The translations under genes were made by a program, and so were the position numbers. From NCBI RefSeq assembly GCF_037042905.1, contig NW_026974141.1, positions 8,184,001 to 8,248,000 of the forward strand: DNA of 64,000 nucleotides, read 5' to 3'. Source of the stretch: Lytechinus pictus. Taxonomy: Eukaryota. Shown piece by piece: positions 37,928-51,157 of this stretch. Every line of letters starts with the position of its first letter. The stretch's first letter is position 1. The notes under the pieces are model-generated. The model had not been told where the DNA came from. It searched no databases and saw nothing but the letters and a program-made list of their open reading frames with translations.

Positions 37928-39235
37928 GTAATTATATTCATTTCAAGGGGACTAAGTCATAGTAAAAACATAACCAATATAGCCATTTCATAATTACAGT
38001 TTCCGCAAGAGCAGATGAAGGTCATTGGCGGTAATCGGTATATAGAGCATTTTAAATTACTGAGATAACGCATTCATGCTATTTTGAAATATGCTTTTTA
38101 TCCCATGTAAAGAGTAGCAATAAAGTGTTCAGTTATATTTCACATCGGCATGGTAACAAGTCAAATGAACCAATCAGTTTTAAGCTTTTTATAATTGTAT
38201 TCAATTAACATAACCTACAATGATCGTGTCAATAGCTCTAAGCAGAGATTCCTTCGTTAGATTTGAATATCGCAGATTGATGTGCCAGGCAAATTTTACG
38301 CTACATCTTATTTCAAAAGATTAACTAATTGAGTACCTATTTAATTGCAAAAAAAGGAATGATCATTTGCAAACAGTTGATATCGAGCTAATAACAAAAT
38401 GGCTTATGAAATTATATAGCGAGGAGGAGGGGGGGTTAGGGTCTTATGAATCCCCTACACCAGAGCAATAACTCCATGATTGTGATGAAAATCAGCACAA
38501 AATGTTGTTTAAGACATAATCTCAAAGAATAAATCATTCATTCTTCCCAAAACCATGTAATTTTTTTATAAATTAGTGCCATGATACTAAGGTTTATGCA
38601 TGAATTTAGAGTTTTTTGTTACGTGATTAGTCTTGTTGAATTCATTGTGTTACGAATATATCACAAAAGTTTTCATGGAAACAATTATCCCCACTCCCCA
38701 CCCCCTCCCTCCCATTGCATGTAGTGCTCAAAGAAGCCCCAATTTTGTTAGCTTTAAGAAAGAAGAATTATTCTGCATGAATTGAGAACTTGAGGTTTGC
38801 ATTGAAATCTAAAAGTCGAGGTTATTTATTGTTAATCCCGTTCTTGTAGGTGAACTCTGTATTATTAATGTAACTATAAAATGACTATAAAAAAAGATAA
38901 AAAAAGATTACGGAGAATCTCGGTCATGTGAGTTACCTTGTTTTTTTTTCTGGGACACCATGTAGAGATCTGAAGATTTGATACACAAAACAAATCCAAC
39001 TTTGAATGGCATAGCTCGAGATCTTGATGTGTGCATTGAAATTTTGTGTGTATCCCTTTTTTTAGGTGAACTCTATATTAATATAACTATAATATGAACA
39101 AATTATTTGACTATTTTGAAAAAAAATATACAGAGAATCTCTTTTGTCGGAGTTACCTTGTCTTGTTTTCTGGGACGCCTTGTAGAGGTCTCCACATTTG
39201 ATGCACAAACCTTTCCATCTCTAAATTGTTTACAG

Positions 39236-39367
39236 GAAGCCGAGTTAGAGCTGGAAGCTGGAAAGGAATCGGAATACACTGCCAACGGCAAGCCCGAGAT
39301 GAGAGACGGCAACGCCGTCGCCGACGTCGAGAAGAAAGACGGCGACAACTGGGAGTCTGGGTTTTAG
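39236..39367 (+). CDS. SLC1A2: SLC1 transporter last coding exon (cytoplasmic tail ending WESGF*)
   Basis: tttacag| phase 0, EAELELEAGKESEYTANGKPEMRDGNAVADVEKKDGDNWESGF TAG; GC/CpG-rich coding-like island followed by AT-rich UTR-like sequence. Confidence 0.85.
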   Translation, partial: EAELELEAGKESEYTANGKPEMRDGNAVADVEKKDGDNWESGF

Positions 39368-39885
39368 ACTACACCCCCACTGGCCATTCATACCACTCTC
39401 GGTATAACGGCCGTTTTTTGTGTACATTTGTATTTTTCTGTTTTCATTTTTTTATATATATTATATATATCTATAGATATATATGTATATATATATATTT
39501 TGGCAAGTCTTTGAAGAATAAGGCACGATATTGTTTGTGGTAATGAGGTTGTTTTTTAACGCATCTGTTGCAAAAACCGCCAGGTGTGAAGAGGAAGTGG
39601 CTATGATATTTAGGGTTGAAATGGTGATCATGTGACTATTGTTGAATTGCATTGTGGGTTAAGTGCGTAGGATGATGCTTGAAAGCCAGGTTGGGATATG
39701 GATAGTGAAGCATAAGTTGAAATTAAAGGAAGAGAAGATAAAGGAAGAGTGAAACGAGGATGGGGAGGAGAAAGGAAGATAAAGGAAAGGAGAAGAAGAG
39801 GGGAAGAGTGATCTAGATGAGAGGGAGAGAGTGAGAGAGAGGAATAGGGGAGGGAGGGGGAGAGTGGGAGATAGAGGGAAAAAGA

Positions 39886-40010
39886 AGAGGACGAGAGAGC
39901 GGGAAAGAGGACGAGAGAGCGGGAAAGAGGCAGAGAGAGCGGGAAAGAGGCAGAGAGAGCGGGAAAGAGGCAGAGAGAGCGGGAAAGAGGCAGAGAGAGC
40001 GGAAAGGAGG
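39886..40010. repeat. 20-bp purine minisatellite (GAGAGAGCGGGAAAGAGGCA) x~6
   Basis: Directly visible within a longer purine tract starting ~39720. Confidence 0.92.
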
Positions 40011-40500
40011 CATGCGTGATTAAAGAGAGCAAGAGTGAGGCAAAAAATTTGAGGGAAAACTAATTTTTAAAAAGATGGAAAACATCCAGAAAGCTTATTT
40101 GACACCTTTTGTAAAATATTTTCTCAAGAGCAATGCAAACGTCGGACCTAGGAAGGTTATTTTTCTATTTCAAACTTGCGAATAGCGTGATTTTTCTCTG
40201 AATGTTGATAACAGGATCATATTAGACGTTTACATCAAGAGCCTCTGATACCAGGTAAAAAGTATTTGGTGTGGGGTTTTCCAAAAAATAAGCATTATAA
40301 GCCACATTGACAGTAAACATCAAAGTCGGTCAGTTTTTGGACACACAATATATTACTGTCCATTTTCCACTATGGAGTGGAAGTGGTCAAACTGATGATA
40401 TTTTAATACATGTAGGTCTATTTTCTAGGCCCCAAGAAAAGAAGAAAAGCTTTGGAAAGAGGTTTAATTTTTTTCTAAAGTTAAAGGAATCAATTGCTTT

Positions 40501-40864
40501 AAGGCCACCGCACACCTTACGACCCGGCTGGTCTGCGACTGAGTGAGAGGAGATGAATCGCAAGGTAGTTATAGGCCTCGACACCGCACACCTTGTGGTC
40601 CGACCACCCTGCTGTCTGTGACTCACGCATGTACACATCCGTATCTAATGTGACTCGATCTGCTGTCTGATTGGCTGGAAGTTGGAGTGAGCTTGCGATC
40701 CAGTTATAAGGATTCTACATGCCAAATCCATACGATTGTCCTTGCGATTTGTCTTTGACCGGTCTGCAACTCCCAGGCTGACCAGAGCTGTGACGTCACA
40801 TTTCCCTTGATCCAGTCGCAGACCAGTCGTAGACCAGTCGGGTCATAAGGTGTGCTCTGGCCTT
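40501..40864. mobile_element. MITE in the putative SLC1 3'UTR
   Basis: AAGGCCACCGCACACCTTACGACCCGGCTGGTCT ... AGACCAGTCGGGTCATAAGGTGTGCTCTGGCCTT. Confidence 0.8.
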
Positions 40865-43063
40865 TATTCATACCATTGCTCTGACTGACAAATATATGGA
40901 TCTTTTGCTTGAAAAGCTGTCATCAGGTATCTTGACTCTATGAATGTCGAGATTGTTTCTTCGGGTGTCGTCGAACGTGTACTTACGTTGTATAATCGAC
41001 TGAAGATCTTTCTCTGACACAAACATCAGTATTTTTGGAATGACTAATGCACAAATTGATCTGTACATTTCTATACCAGTGATTATATCCCCATGTATTA
41101 ATTATTCCTAAAGAATAACAAGTACGTTTATTTTTCAAAGGAGTACATGTTGTCAATTCATTTGTAAATATTAGTGCCATCTGTAAGGTACTATATAGAT
41201 GATCTCTCCGGGTTGAAACAATGCTTGTAGGTCATTTTTATGTGGAGCAGCAAACTGTTACGGATTTGACGCACAAGAGAGTATCTTGCATGCTGCAATC
41301 AAAATCTGTTTGGAAATTCTTTGTGCTTTATGCATTATGGCCCATACAGTATAAAATTGGTGGATATTTTTTACTAACAACCTCTATTGGGTGATATATA
41401 AAAAAAGTGGTAGATAGATTTGTAAAACACCTTCCCTCGTTAAGATAATCCTTTGCGAGACTCGTTAGGAAGTTAGAAAATATATTTAAATGCTAGCAGA
41501 AGAGAAACTTTTTTTTTTTTTGGGGGGGGGTAATATTGCATGCTATTTTGAATAAGAATGTGTTAATTAATTTTGGCAGTTGATATCAGTTGAGGGACCA
41601 CTGAACTATTTTATGGGGAAGAATCAGAATGCCAAGGTATTTTGATTAGTTTACAACTCAAAGTAAAAAGGGGAACTTGGATACGATACTAACTCTCCAT
41701 TTTCTTTCAGATCCATCTCTCATAATATTACTCAAATTAATGTAAATAGTGATGATTGTAATAAGCATTATATCGTATCAGTTTTTCAACTCCGTTGTTA
41801 CACGTACTTTGCAAAGTTTACATTTTGTCGTATCTTCTATAAATTAACTTTGTGTACATTGGATATCAGTATGAAATGTGATGGTTTTGTACATCTCATG
41901 TTTTAGCCAATGATTAGTACAGGGTTTATTTTACGGACACCAGGGCTGTAAGAAAATTGTCCTTTTTCAAAAGACATGTATTAAAATGATTGTAATACAT
42001 GCAGTGTATGACCTGTGTTCAATAAAAAAAAATAGATAGATCCATGTCCGTTAGTTGAGCAATACCTCCCATGTGTATCTGTCTTTAGTCTTAGAAATCA
42101 CCTTTCTACCTCCAAAAAGGGAGGAGAAAAAAACAAAAAGTATGATTTTTTTGTAATTTTGTAAGAGTCAAGACTTTTTTTAGCATATTGTCGGTATAAG
42201 ATTGCCCGAGTCATGTACCATTTATCGGTTCTTTTGTGAGATTGTTCTAATATTTTATAGACTCTGATTTCCCCCTTTAAAGGCAGAGAGGATTCCAATA
42301 TTTTTTCATCTTTTTCTGTCTCTACCGTGGTTTGTTTTCTTTCAAAGTATTTAAAGAAAAATCGGTGAATCTGGGTCCTGTTGCATAAACGTTACCATTA
42401 CGGTAACTTTGGCATCCAATGGTAACTTGCATGGAATGCTTGATTGTGATTGGCTGTTGATCAGCATTACCATGGTAGTTACCATTGGATGGCAAAGTTA
42501 CCATAATAGTATTACTTTTATGCAATGGGGACCTGGATTTCATTTCATCAACATACACATTTAGACTGATATGTACTTTCGGTCTCGAAAAGAATGAAAT
42601 CGTGGTGGTGGGCGTGGATAGTCGTTCATTCAAAATGACATCTGTGTGTGAACTAATATCAATACTGTCAAATCATGTAATGCTGTCATGATATCGTGAT
42701 TGCGTTCAGCACAAAACATGCATGGTGTGAAATTCATTGCTTAACCTGTTGACTGCCATTCACTCTGATTACCATTAGTTCTGTTCACGGATTGCTCAGT
42801 TAATGTAGGTAACATGTTTATTATAAAACTGTCATCCACTTCTATGTAGCACCTACATAAGAAATTATGCTGCCATGGTTTGTCAAGATTTTGCCATTTC
42901 CAAAACAACCAAGCGTAGAACACTGTCGCAATGGTTTCTATAAAATCTCATGCATGAGCTTGATTGCTTGGCCGTAATAGTGAATGAGACAATAGAGTCT
43001 TCAAATTTACTTCATCTATTTCAGCTGTGAAGAGAATGCAATTAATGGAAACTTGTTTCTTCT

Positions 43064-43232
43064 TAGAATGCATTCATATTCGTAGAATGAATGCATTCAT
43101 ATTCGTAGAATGAATGCATTCATATTCGTAGAATGAATGCGTTCATATTCGTAGAATGAATGCATTCATATACATGGAATGAATGCATTCATATTCATGG
43201 AATGAATGCGTTCATATTCATAGAATGAATGC
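43064..43232. repeat. 23-bp minisatellite (GAATGAATGCATTCATATTCGTA) x~7
   Basis: Period 23 (43081, 43104, 43127, 43150). Confidence 0.92.
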
Positions 43233-46200
43233 TTTCTCCATGTATAAAGCCATCAGAGAACAGGTCAGTTGCTCAGAAAATGTGATCATCATTCAAATAT
43301 GCATTCAAGTCACTCAAAAGAATTCTTTTGATATATTTCCAGACGAAATCCGCTGTACTTCATCACAAATTTCTTCCAAACTATATCCTTTCTATCAAAA
43401 CAAGTTAGTATTTAAGTTAATCTTTGTATTTCAGCTAGTCTTTTCTCTGTTTTGAATAAACTTTCCAGAAGAGTATTTATCACTTTGCGTGGTAAGATAG
43501 AGTGATTGTATAATCTGTACAGAATATAACCAGAATTTAAATGTTTGTATCCCTTCCATCTTAACGTGATATGTGTACAATGATATATTTGGTATACCGA
43601 TTTGTATTTTTGCACTTGTAACTTTTGTGATACATTAACAAGATATATTATCAAAATCTAATGTGAAAAAGTGGAACAGCTTGGATGAATGTGTTGTTTT
43701 TTGTGAAGATGTTTACAGTTATAAAGGCTTTTGCGTTTGGAGAAAAAAATGGAGAGGACTATTCTGCGTTTGTCTACTATAGTGGGCTGTACATATTGTT
43801 AAAAGTTTTCATTTAATTTTTTTGAATTCAGCATAATTTTTATGAATTTTAACAAAAGTTGCGGTTTACTTTTTTCAGTGGATAATGCGAGATTTTCATC
43901 TCACCAAAATATGATTTTACAAGTTTATAGATAGATAAGGGAAAATCATGAAATTTCATTAAACCAATTTTGAGGCTTTACTGTAGGCAGTGTCCTTTCA
44001 ACGATGGATTTTCCAAAAAAATATTGGAAAGATGGAATGATTGGTAAAAGTTTTAGTTTTTGAGACCAAAATAAGGGATCTCACAAGAAATCATCATGTT
44101 ATTTTCATAATTATTTTCATATTAAGCGCATCGGCGCTTCTATTGTAAATGTCTTTATTCTGTGATGGTGATGATGACTTTGAAGTATTAGCAAGAGAAA
44201 AACCTGTATATTCTATGTATAAATATATTTACTCTTTAGAATACATATATAGGAACAATCTATTTACTCATATTTTTGTAAATATAAGTATGTATTGTGA
44301 CTCATTGTGTTATTTTATACCACTGTTTCGTTTAATGGATAAGATAGTTTTGTGCTATTTTTATCCAAAATGAGAAAAAGAAATCCATCCAGTATATATG
44401 AAGTAGAACGTTGTTTACAATGTGTATTACGAGTCGTATTGATGAGGTTTTAGTAATTTTGGAAATAATTGTAAAAGCTGATCGTAATGTAAGTGTTAAA
44501 AGCGTACTTGACTTATCTTTATTATTAGACCCCGTTTATTCTGTGTTGAACTCTTTTGAATGAAGTGGAGAACTTACTCTTTCGATTAGTGTTTTGATGA
44601 TAAAATTCAGGGTTACGGTTATGGACTCTCAGAAATGTTTTAAACCAACATGTAGGTTCGTTAAAATATGAACTTACCAACTATTGGTTAAAACAAATTT
44701 GCATGCCAAATGAATTGTGATTAATTCTTAGCCAACCGTTAGTAAGTTAAATTTTGGGTTGGTTATTTAAAGAAAAAATGATGTTGTTCCATTTTGGTCC
44801 AAGTTTGGATTTGCAGCTTTTGAAGACTGGTTGCTTTGATTTTTGACGAAACTTTAACGCCCGACTGCCCTCTCCCAACTAATAATGATCTTTTTTAATA
44901 GATGAAGGCTGAATCATGTATTTCAAGGATCATATATAGGCTGAAAAATTGATTTCCAGGATAGAAAAAAAAAATCATACTTTGTTCCTCATATCTGTAC
45001 TTAAAAAAAGGGCTGAACTTGAGAATCTACACAATTATGGTTATATTTCTAAAGTGTAGGTTGAAAATATGCTATATTGTAAGCCCTATATTCTTAACAT
45101 TTAGTTAATTTTATTTGTATTATACTTTTCGCATTCATAATCTAATCGTGCATTGACCGGTATTTGATAGTACTTTTTTTTCTGTTTTCAATGCATTAAA
45201 AATTTATTTCCTAAAACGTATCTCAGAATATTTGAGAAGAAAATGAAATGTGCAGCTTTACTGAATTGAAGGCATTTGAAAATGAAAAGGTCCCCCAAAA
45301 TTGGATTTTAAAATGGCCTGGATTGGTTATTCCTCGTTTTCCTTCGTTATAAATGAAAATAGAGAGAAAACTCAATTTAATGTATGTGGTATGATAGCAT
45401 TCGTTGGATATTAATAATTGTACTGTATAATGTAATGGTCAATATTGTATTGGACAATTTTTTAATAGAAAAGTTATCATTTTGTACATCCCTTCAATAT
45501 CCCATCAAAGAGAAGGGGGAATTGACTCCCTTGATCTACATGTATGTGAACTGTACCCATACCCGTTCACACCCGAAAAGAAATCCAGTGCAACACCCAC
45601 TTGTGTGTGGTACCCTCCGAATACGCGAGTACACGGTAAGCCAGCGCGCGAGCTGGTCGCCCAGCACGCGAGTAAATGGTCCGGACCGGGTAAGCATCAG
45701 TTCGTGCCAGACCACCTCTTAAGCTAGGTTTTCTCGATTCGTTTTGGAGCGGGTTTAGTACGGCTACGGGTACAGCTCACTGAAAGGTAATCCCTCGTAG
45801 TGTGAAATGGACCTTGGTACTATATCGTTCCTTGTAATTCCAATTGGATATTCATATTCGACTGCATATTATACATAGACATACAGTGAAGGTATGGTGT
45901 AATTTGGTGGTTTGGTCCGTTTTCTCACTCACAAATAAATTGGGCATGTATTATGTATTTTCATTATAGCAATAAAGATAAAATGAGTTCCTATACACAA
46001 TATCCTGTGTGAATACTAAACTATGTAAAGTGCATTTTTTAATGTTCTCCCATCATAAGCCCATGCACCCGTCTGTCTTTTGTCTTCTTCTCGGTCCCGT
46101 CTTACAAAGGGTTACGATTGATCCAAAATCAATCTCAAGTATATGGAAATCAATCAATGTTATAATTTTTTCTATAGGAAATTTGCTCAATGTCCTTTGA

Positions 46201-46434
46201 AAACAAAGAGAAGCATACTGAATTGTCGAGAAAACAGTGAAAGTATGAATATTCATCATTTCTAGAAAATACTTTGAAAACAAAGAGAAGCATACTGAAT
46301 TGTCGAGAAAACAGTGAAAGTATGAATATTCATCATTTCTAGAAAATATTTTGAACAAACATGTATTTTGGATGTTGACGTTGGCTGCCTTTCAACAGTT
46401 GCGATTGATCAGATCGGCCTTTGATGATGATCTT

Positions 46435-46890
46435 TTCCTTTCCCTTTCTGTCATTCTCTCTTTATCTCTGTCACCCCCCTCTCTCTCACCCCCTCTGTTC
46501 TCTCACACCTCCCCTCTGTTCTCTCATACCTCCCCCTGTTCTCTCATACCTCCCCCCCCCCCTCTCTTGAGTATCTGACAATGGGAGGATGGGGAGAAAA
46601 AGGAATGGGAAGGAGTGAGAGAGGGAGGGGAATAAATGGGAGGTGGAGAATGGGTGATAGGGAGGGGAAAGAGATGGTGAGGGTGGGGTAGAAAGAGATG
46701 GAGGAGATATGAGAGTGGGGAAGGAGTGAGGGTGTAAGAGAGAGATGAAATTTGGGGAGGGGCGAGGGAGAAAGAGTGGGGGAGATTGGGAGAGATGAAG
46801 ATGGGGGGAGCGATCAAGGTGGGTCAGGGAGAGGGTGGGATAAGGGTAGGGGGAGAGAGGGTGGGGTAGGGGGAGGGAGAGGGGTGATGG
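46435..46890. repeat. Polypyrimidine tract followed by a G-rich polypurine tract
   Basis: CT-rich 46435-46570, then GA/GGG-rich 46582-46890. Confidence 0.85.
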
Positions 46891-46924
46891 AACACAATTA
46901 TACAAATCTAGATGTTTCCTAACT

Positions 46925-49900
46925 ATAACCCATCGTATGGGAAATCATTTATTTGAGTTCATGTTGTATTCTACATTGAACAAAAAAACAAACAAAAATG
47001 AAATAAGTACATGTACATTTCCTATCCAAAGCTTACACAAAAGAACTTTTAATTTGAGTACCTCACGATACCCTGTACAAAAAAAAAGAAACTTTGTTTC
47101 CAAAAAAAGTACTGTAAATTCAAGTAGACACTTAGTTAAAGCACAAAGATATCAAAATGCCCAGAAATAGTGGAATTAATTGGTAAATATTAGTACCCAG
47201 AGATACACTGAGTTGAAGCTGTATCTTGGGGGCAACCTGTGTATATTTGCAAGTTAATCTTCATAGATGTTGATACTGATAAATGTGGCAAGTAAAAGTG
47301 ATTTGTGAGATTGTTGCGGGAATAAGCATCTTGAGAAAAAAAAAATCCAATGTGTACTGTTGGCATGTATCTCATATTACTCAATTTACATTTTCATTTT
47401 CACCCAATGGATAGACAAATGACAATTATCTAGTACAAGAAACCCGAAACTGATTAAATTGTGGTATTCATATAAAAATTAAGCTAATTTGTAACAAATT
47501 TTCGGCATTACTCCCATGTGTTTAAGATCGCATGCTCGATCTGTAATGAAAATCATAAGTCAGAAAAAAAAAATGAAGCTAACAAGCAATTCATTTTTGT
47601 TCTGTCAAAGGCACACTGAATTACACCAACATATCAAAAATATTGATGCAAAAATGAAATGAAACAATTAACGCTGCCATGATTCCATTTAAGCACATAC
47701 ATGTACATTTACAAACAAGGACACATGATCTATCAAATACATGTACATGTATCTTTGGTAGCGATCTGTGCGTAGTAGAATGTGAGCCATTGATTACTAA
47801 AGGCAAATGAGAAATCAAATTAAATATGATTTCATAAATGTGCAATAAGTACATGTACGCCCCAGTAGAACTTGCACCCCTTCATGAATAGGACTTTAAC
47901 AAGGTCTCTATGGTATAAATGACAAGTAAGAACTGTATCAAATCAAATTCCCATAGAGTGTATTTTTTGAGATTTCAAGTAGAAACTGAAGCTCTAATAC
48001 TAAAAGGTGGGAAATGTCTTTTTTCTCCTCAATAATCAAAATAACTAATCAAATGACAAAGAAACATTAAACAGGTCAAATTTTTAAACCTACATGTACA
48101 CTTAAATAATTAATGGACAGCCTCACGAATAAACACATTTAAAAATATTCACAATAAAATCTCCGCCAGGGTTGCTTTCATAATGTGGTAGAATTTAAAC
48201 ACTGTATACAAGGAAATGTTAAAATGAATTGTCTCAAAAGCTAGTGCTGCATCAGTTTGTGAAACACGCTTCTTTATTTTCTTTTTGTGAAACGGGCTCC
48301 TTGAATTTTGGACTGAGCTGCGTCTTTTAACGAAAAAAACCTATTGAACGCCTTTTCCTCACCGACCAACTTCCCCCATTTCAGATGATGCTGAGAAAGT
48401 TCAAAGGTCACAAGGTCGCACCATTTGAAAGGTCATGCACTTTATCAGATTCCTGCTAAAACACGCAGCACAGACTGTTGTAATCATAAGTCGCCTGAAT
48501 AGTCGGGTGAATTCTTCTAGAAAATGAAAATTGCCTTTGCTTCTCAAAGCACTGTTGCTGTATTGTGAATAAATGAACTCATTTCATTCCATAGAAATTG
48601 AACGAAGAATTATTTCAGAAACAGAAAAGGCACTCTGTACCTATATGTACTAGCACCTTTCAATATGTAGTGTATCCTATCAAAATTATTGAATAGAAAC
48701 ACCAAAGGCCACTAAAGACTATTTGTTTCCGTAGAAAAAACGTTACTCGTTCAAAAATACTACACAAAATAGAGGAATATATGAAAACCCTACGACCCAT
48801 TGAGTAGTCTACATGTAGATTTCACACACAAACTCAAAGTACTGTACATTAATACACAGACATTACCACTAACCTCAACACCCTAAAACTATCCCAAATA
48901 CTAGAAAACAAATAGGTCATCTAAGGCACGATGAAATCTAATCTAAAAACAATTCATAAATCAAGTTCATGTCACAATGACATCGGATTTACTACATCCA
49001 GACTACATTGAATTTGAGATTACTAAAAAAACATGAATAGACAAGTATCGGCTTATGAAGATTTCACGGCAAACAAATATGACAAAAATAGGCTTATCAT
49101 CAATAATCATAAAGCAAGTTAATGTTACGATGACATTGAATTTACCACAACCAGACTACACTGAATTTGAGTTTACGCAGAAAAAACATGAATAGACAAG
49201 TATCAGCTTAAGAAGATTTCAAGGCAAACAAATATGATAACAAAAATAGGCTTATCATCAATGATCATCAATATTCATGACTCAAAATCAGCAGAGAATG
49301 TGAATTTCTATTCACAAAAGAATATTCCCCATCTGATTTTCTTGATTTAATTAACTGACTTGTTGATTATGTGTTTGATTCAAACAAAATAGTTGAATAC
49401 AATACTTCTGTATTGAAGTATCAATAATTGCTATAATTTAATATGATAATTGATGATTAAACATATAAAAAATATTTTTCATACCTATCAAAGAGCAATT
49501 TCCTTCTGGATTTTCTTGATTTAATTTGATGCAATCATTTGTTGATTGCATGATTTTAGTTTCATGATCATAATCTTGAAAGGTAACAGACACATTTCAG
49601 TAATATTCAAGGCAATGCAAAAAATATATATATATTCTAGGGTCAAAATATCACAAGTTTCCCTTCTGAACATTGACAAAGTCTTTGTGACCACATAAAT
49701 GTTCATGAAGTACAAAAGAGAAGTATTAAATACTTGGCCTATTTAAATATTTAATGACAAAGTATAGAATTTCTGAAATTCCATGCACTTTAAAAGTGAC
49801 TTTAAATAAGGACCTTGTGGTTAACCGTTTCTCTCTTAGAAAAATAAAAAAAAATATCAGAAAGTCTGTTTCCAGCTGGCAAAATAAAGCATTTAACATT

Positions 49901-51021
49901 AAGCACAAAAGTTTCACTTTTTATACTGATTACTTGGACATGATTCTATTATCTTGATACTGAAAAATGAATCTATTTAGTATACTAAACACATATAAGA
50001 AAAAGTAACTGTACTAAAAACCAACTTGGTTAGTCAAAAATCAATAAGTACATTTCATGAACATACAAACCATTCTAAATTGGTACGATATCTGGTACGT
50101 AATCCTACGACTTGGATCAATACAAACTACACAGGAAAAAAATCCAAACTATTTTATGTATCACTCTCAAGAAAGTACAAGCAATTGAAATGATTGAAAG
50201 TACATACAAACTGACAAAAAAAAATGTGAGTGAGAGTAATCTTTGGACTAATCATTCTACTTTGACAAAAGTTCTACTTTGACAAAATACTGTCACAACA
50301 GAATGAACAGAACGGGATAGCGAGCGTGAATAATCATTTGAAAAGCTCGTTTGACAAGCTGCTTTTTGTTCTCTTAAAAGAAAGCCAATTTACCATGAAC
50401 CTAGTCTTCAAGTCATGTTGAAGGTCCTTTCCAACATCCACCACATTGGATCCAGAGGTATGTTTCATGTAGCTTTCCATAACATAACTTTACCACAACA
50501 GGAGTATGGAGAGCCAAATGTAAACCCCAAATAACTGCTGAAGCCTAAACAACTTGCGACCTTGTTTGTACGGACTTATAATGAATTGTGAAGGAAATGT
50601 GGTGGTGTTTTTTTTTAAACCTGAATATTTTAAAAGGAGGATGCTTGTAAGGAAGAAACCAGAGGACCAAAGGTTTAACATCCTCTCCAAGGGACCTGGT
50701 AATGAGGGTAATTGCCTTCCTAAAGGGCACTAGCGCACCAAGGTGGAATCAAACCTGGGTCAACAGTATCAGAAATCCCTGCTCGACCAAACTTTGCATT
50801 TAAAAAACGTATTTAATTAAAAAAAAAAGTGACCCTACTTTGCAAGTTGAGCTAATGTGGTTTGACGATATTGAGAACTGCGATCGAGTGGCTTGCCATA
50901 AAACTTGTTGTTCCTAAAGTCGTTCATAACCTTACGTTCAGTTTTGTAAAACACCCATCTGAGTTGCCCCATTCATTCTGTTGTGGAGTACCTGTTCGCT
51001 TCAGACATAGAGTGTTGGAAC
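46925..51021 (-). other. Putative ~4 kb 3'UTR of the transglutaminase gene
   Basis: A-rich on + (U-rich on the transcript). Minus-strand AATAAA at 46953-46948 is followed by TTGTATAATTGTGTT. The end point is inferred. Confidence 0.5.
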
Positions 51022-51157
51022 CTAGACCTCCATGAAGATGTCGCCAATGACGTTCCCCATCTGCTTTGAGTCAAAGTCGACGACGAGGTGCTTCTTTCCC
51101 TTCTTCTGGTGCGGGAAGCTCATCCCGAATTTGTAGACCCCTTTTGGAGGGACATCA
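51022..51157 (-). CDS. Transglutaminase last coding exon
   Basis: Pyrimidine tract + ctccag| DVPPKGVYKFGMSFPHQKKGKKHLVVDFDSKQMGNVIGDIFMEV TAG; G...L...F.S..L..V.G terminal motif. Confidence 0.92.

Larger units (their letters stand above)
14001..39367 (+). other. SLC1A2: SLC1 excitatory amino acid transporter gene, EAAT2/GLT-1-like (span from first visible exon to stop); 10 coding exons, 1647 nt CDS, 548 aa
   Basis: Ten GT-AG exons join in frame (283+208+43+193+127+231+195+135+100+132 nt). Motifs: [35 protein letters not shown] (HP1), [14 protein letters not shown] (TM7), [13 protein letters not shown] (HP2), [16 protein letters not shown] (TM8). Family is certain; SLC1A2 orthology is from recalled similarity of HP2/TM8. 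Confidence 0.93.
39368..46000 (+). other. Putative long 3'UTR of the SLC1 gene
   Basis: T-rich, TGTA-rich, relatively repeat-poor sequence. AATAAA at 42021, 43455, 45934 and 45971, the last followed by GT/T-rich sequence. The end point is inferred. Confidence 0.5.

Noticed and set aside
36919-38963. Tc1/mariner-like ends (TACAGTGCGTCCC at 36919, GGGACACCATGTA at ~38952) bracketing SLC1 exon 9 as a captured exon
   Set aside because: The match is short and degenerate, the right-hand motif belongs to a local duplication, and the exon is an ordinary conserved part of the gene.
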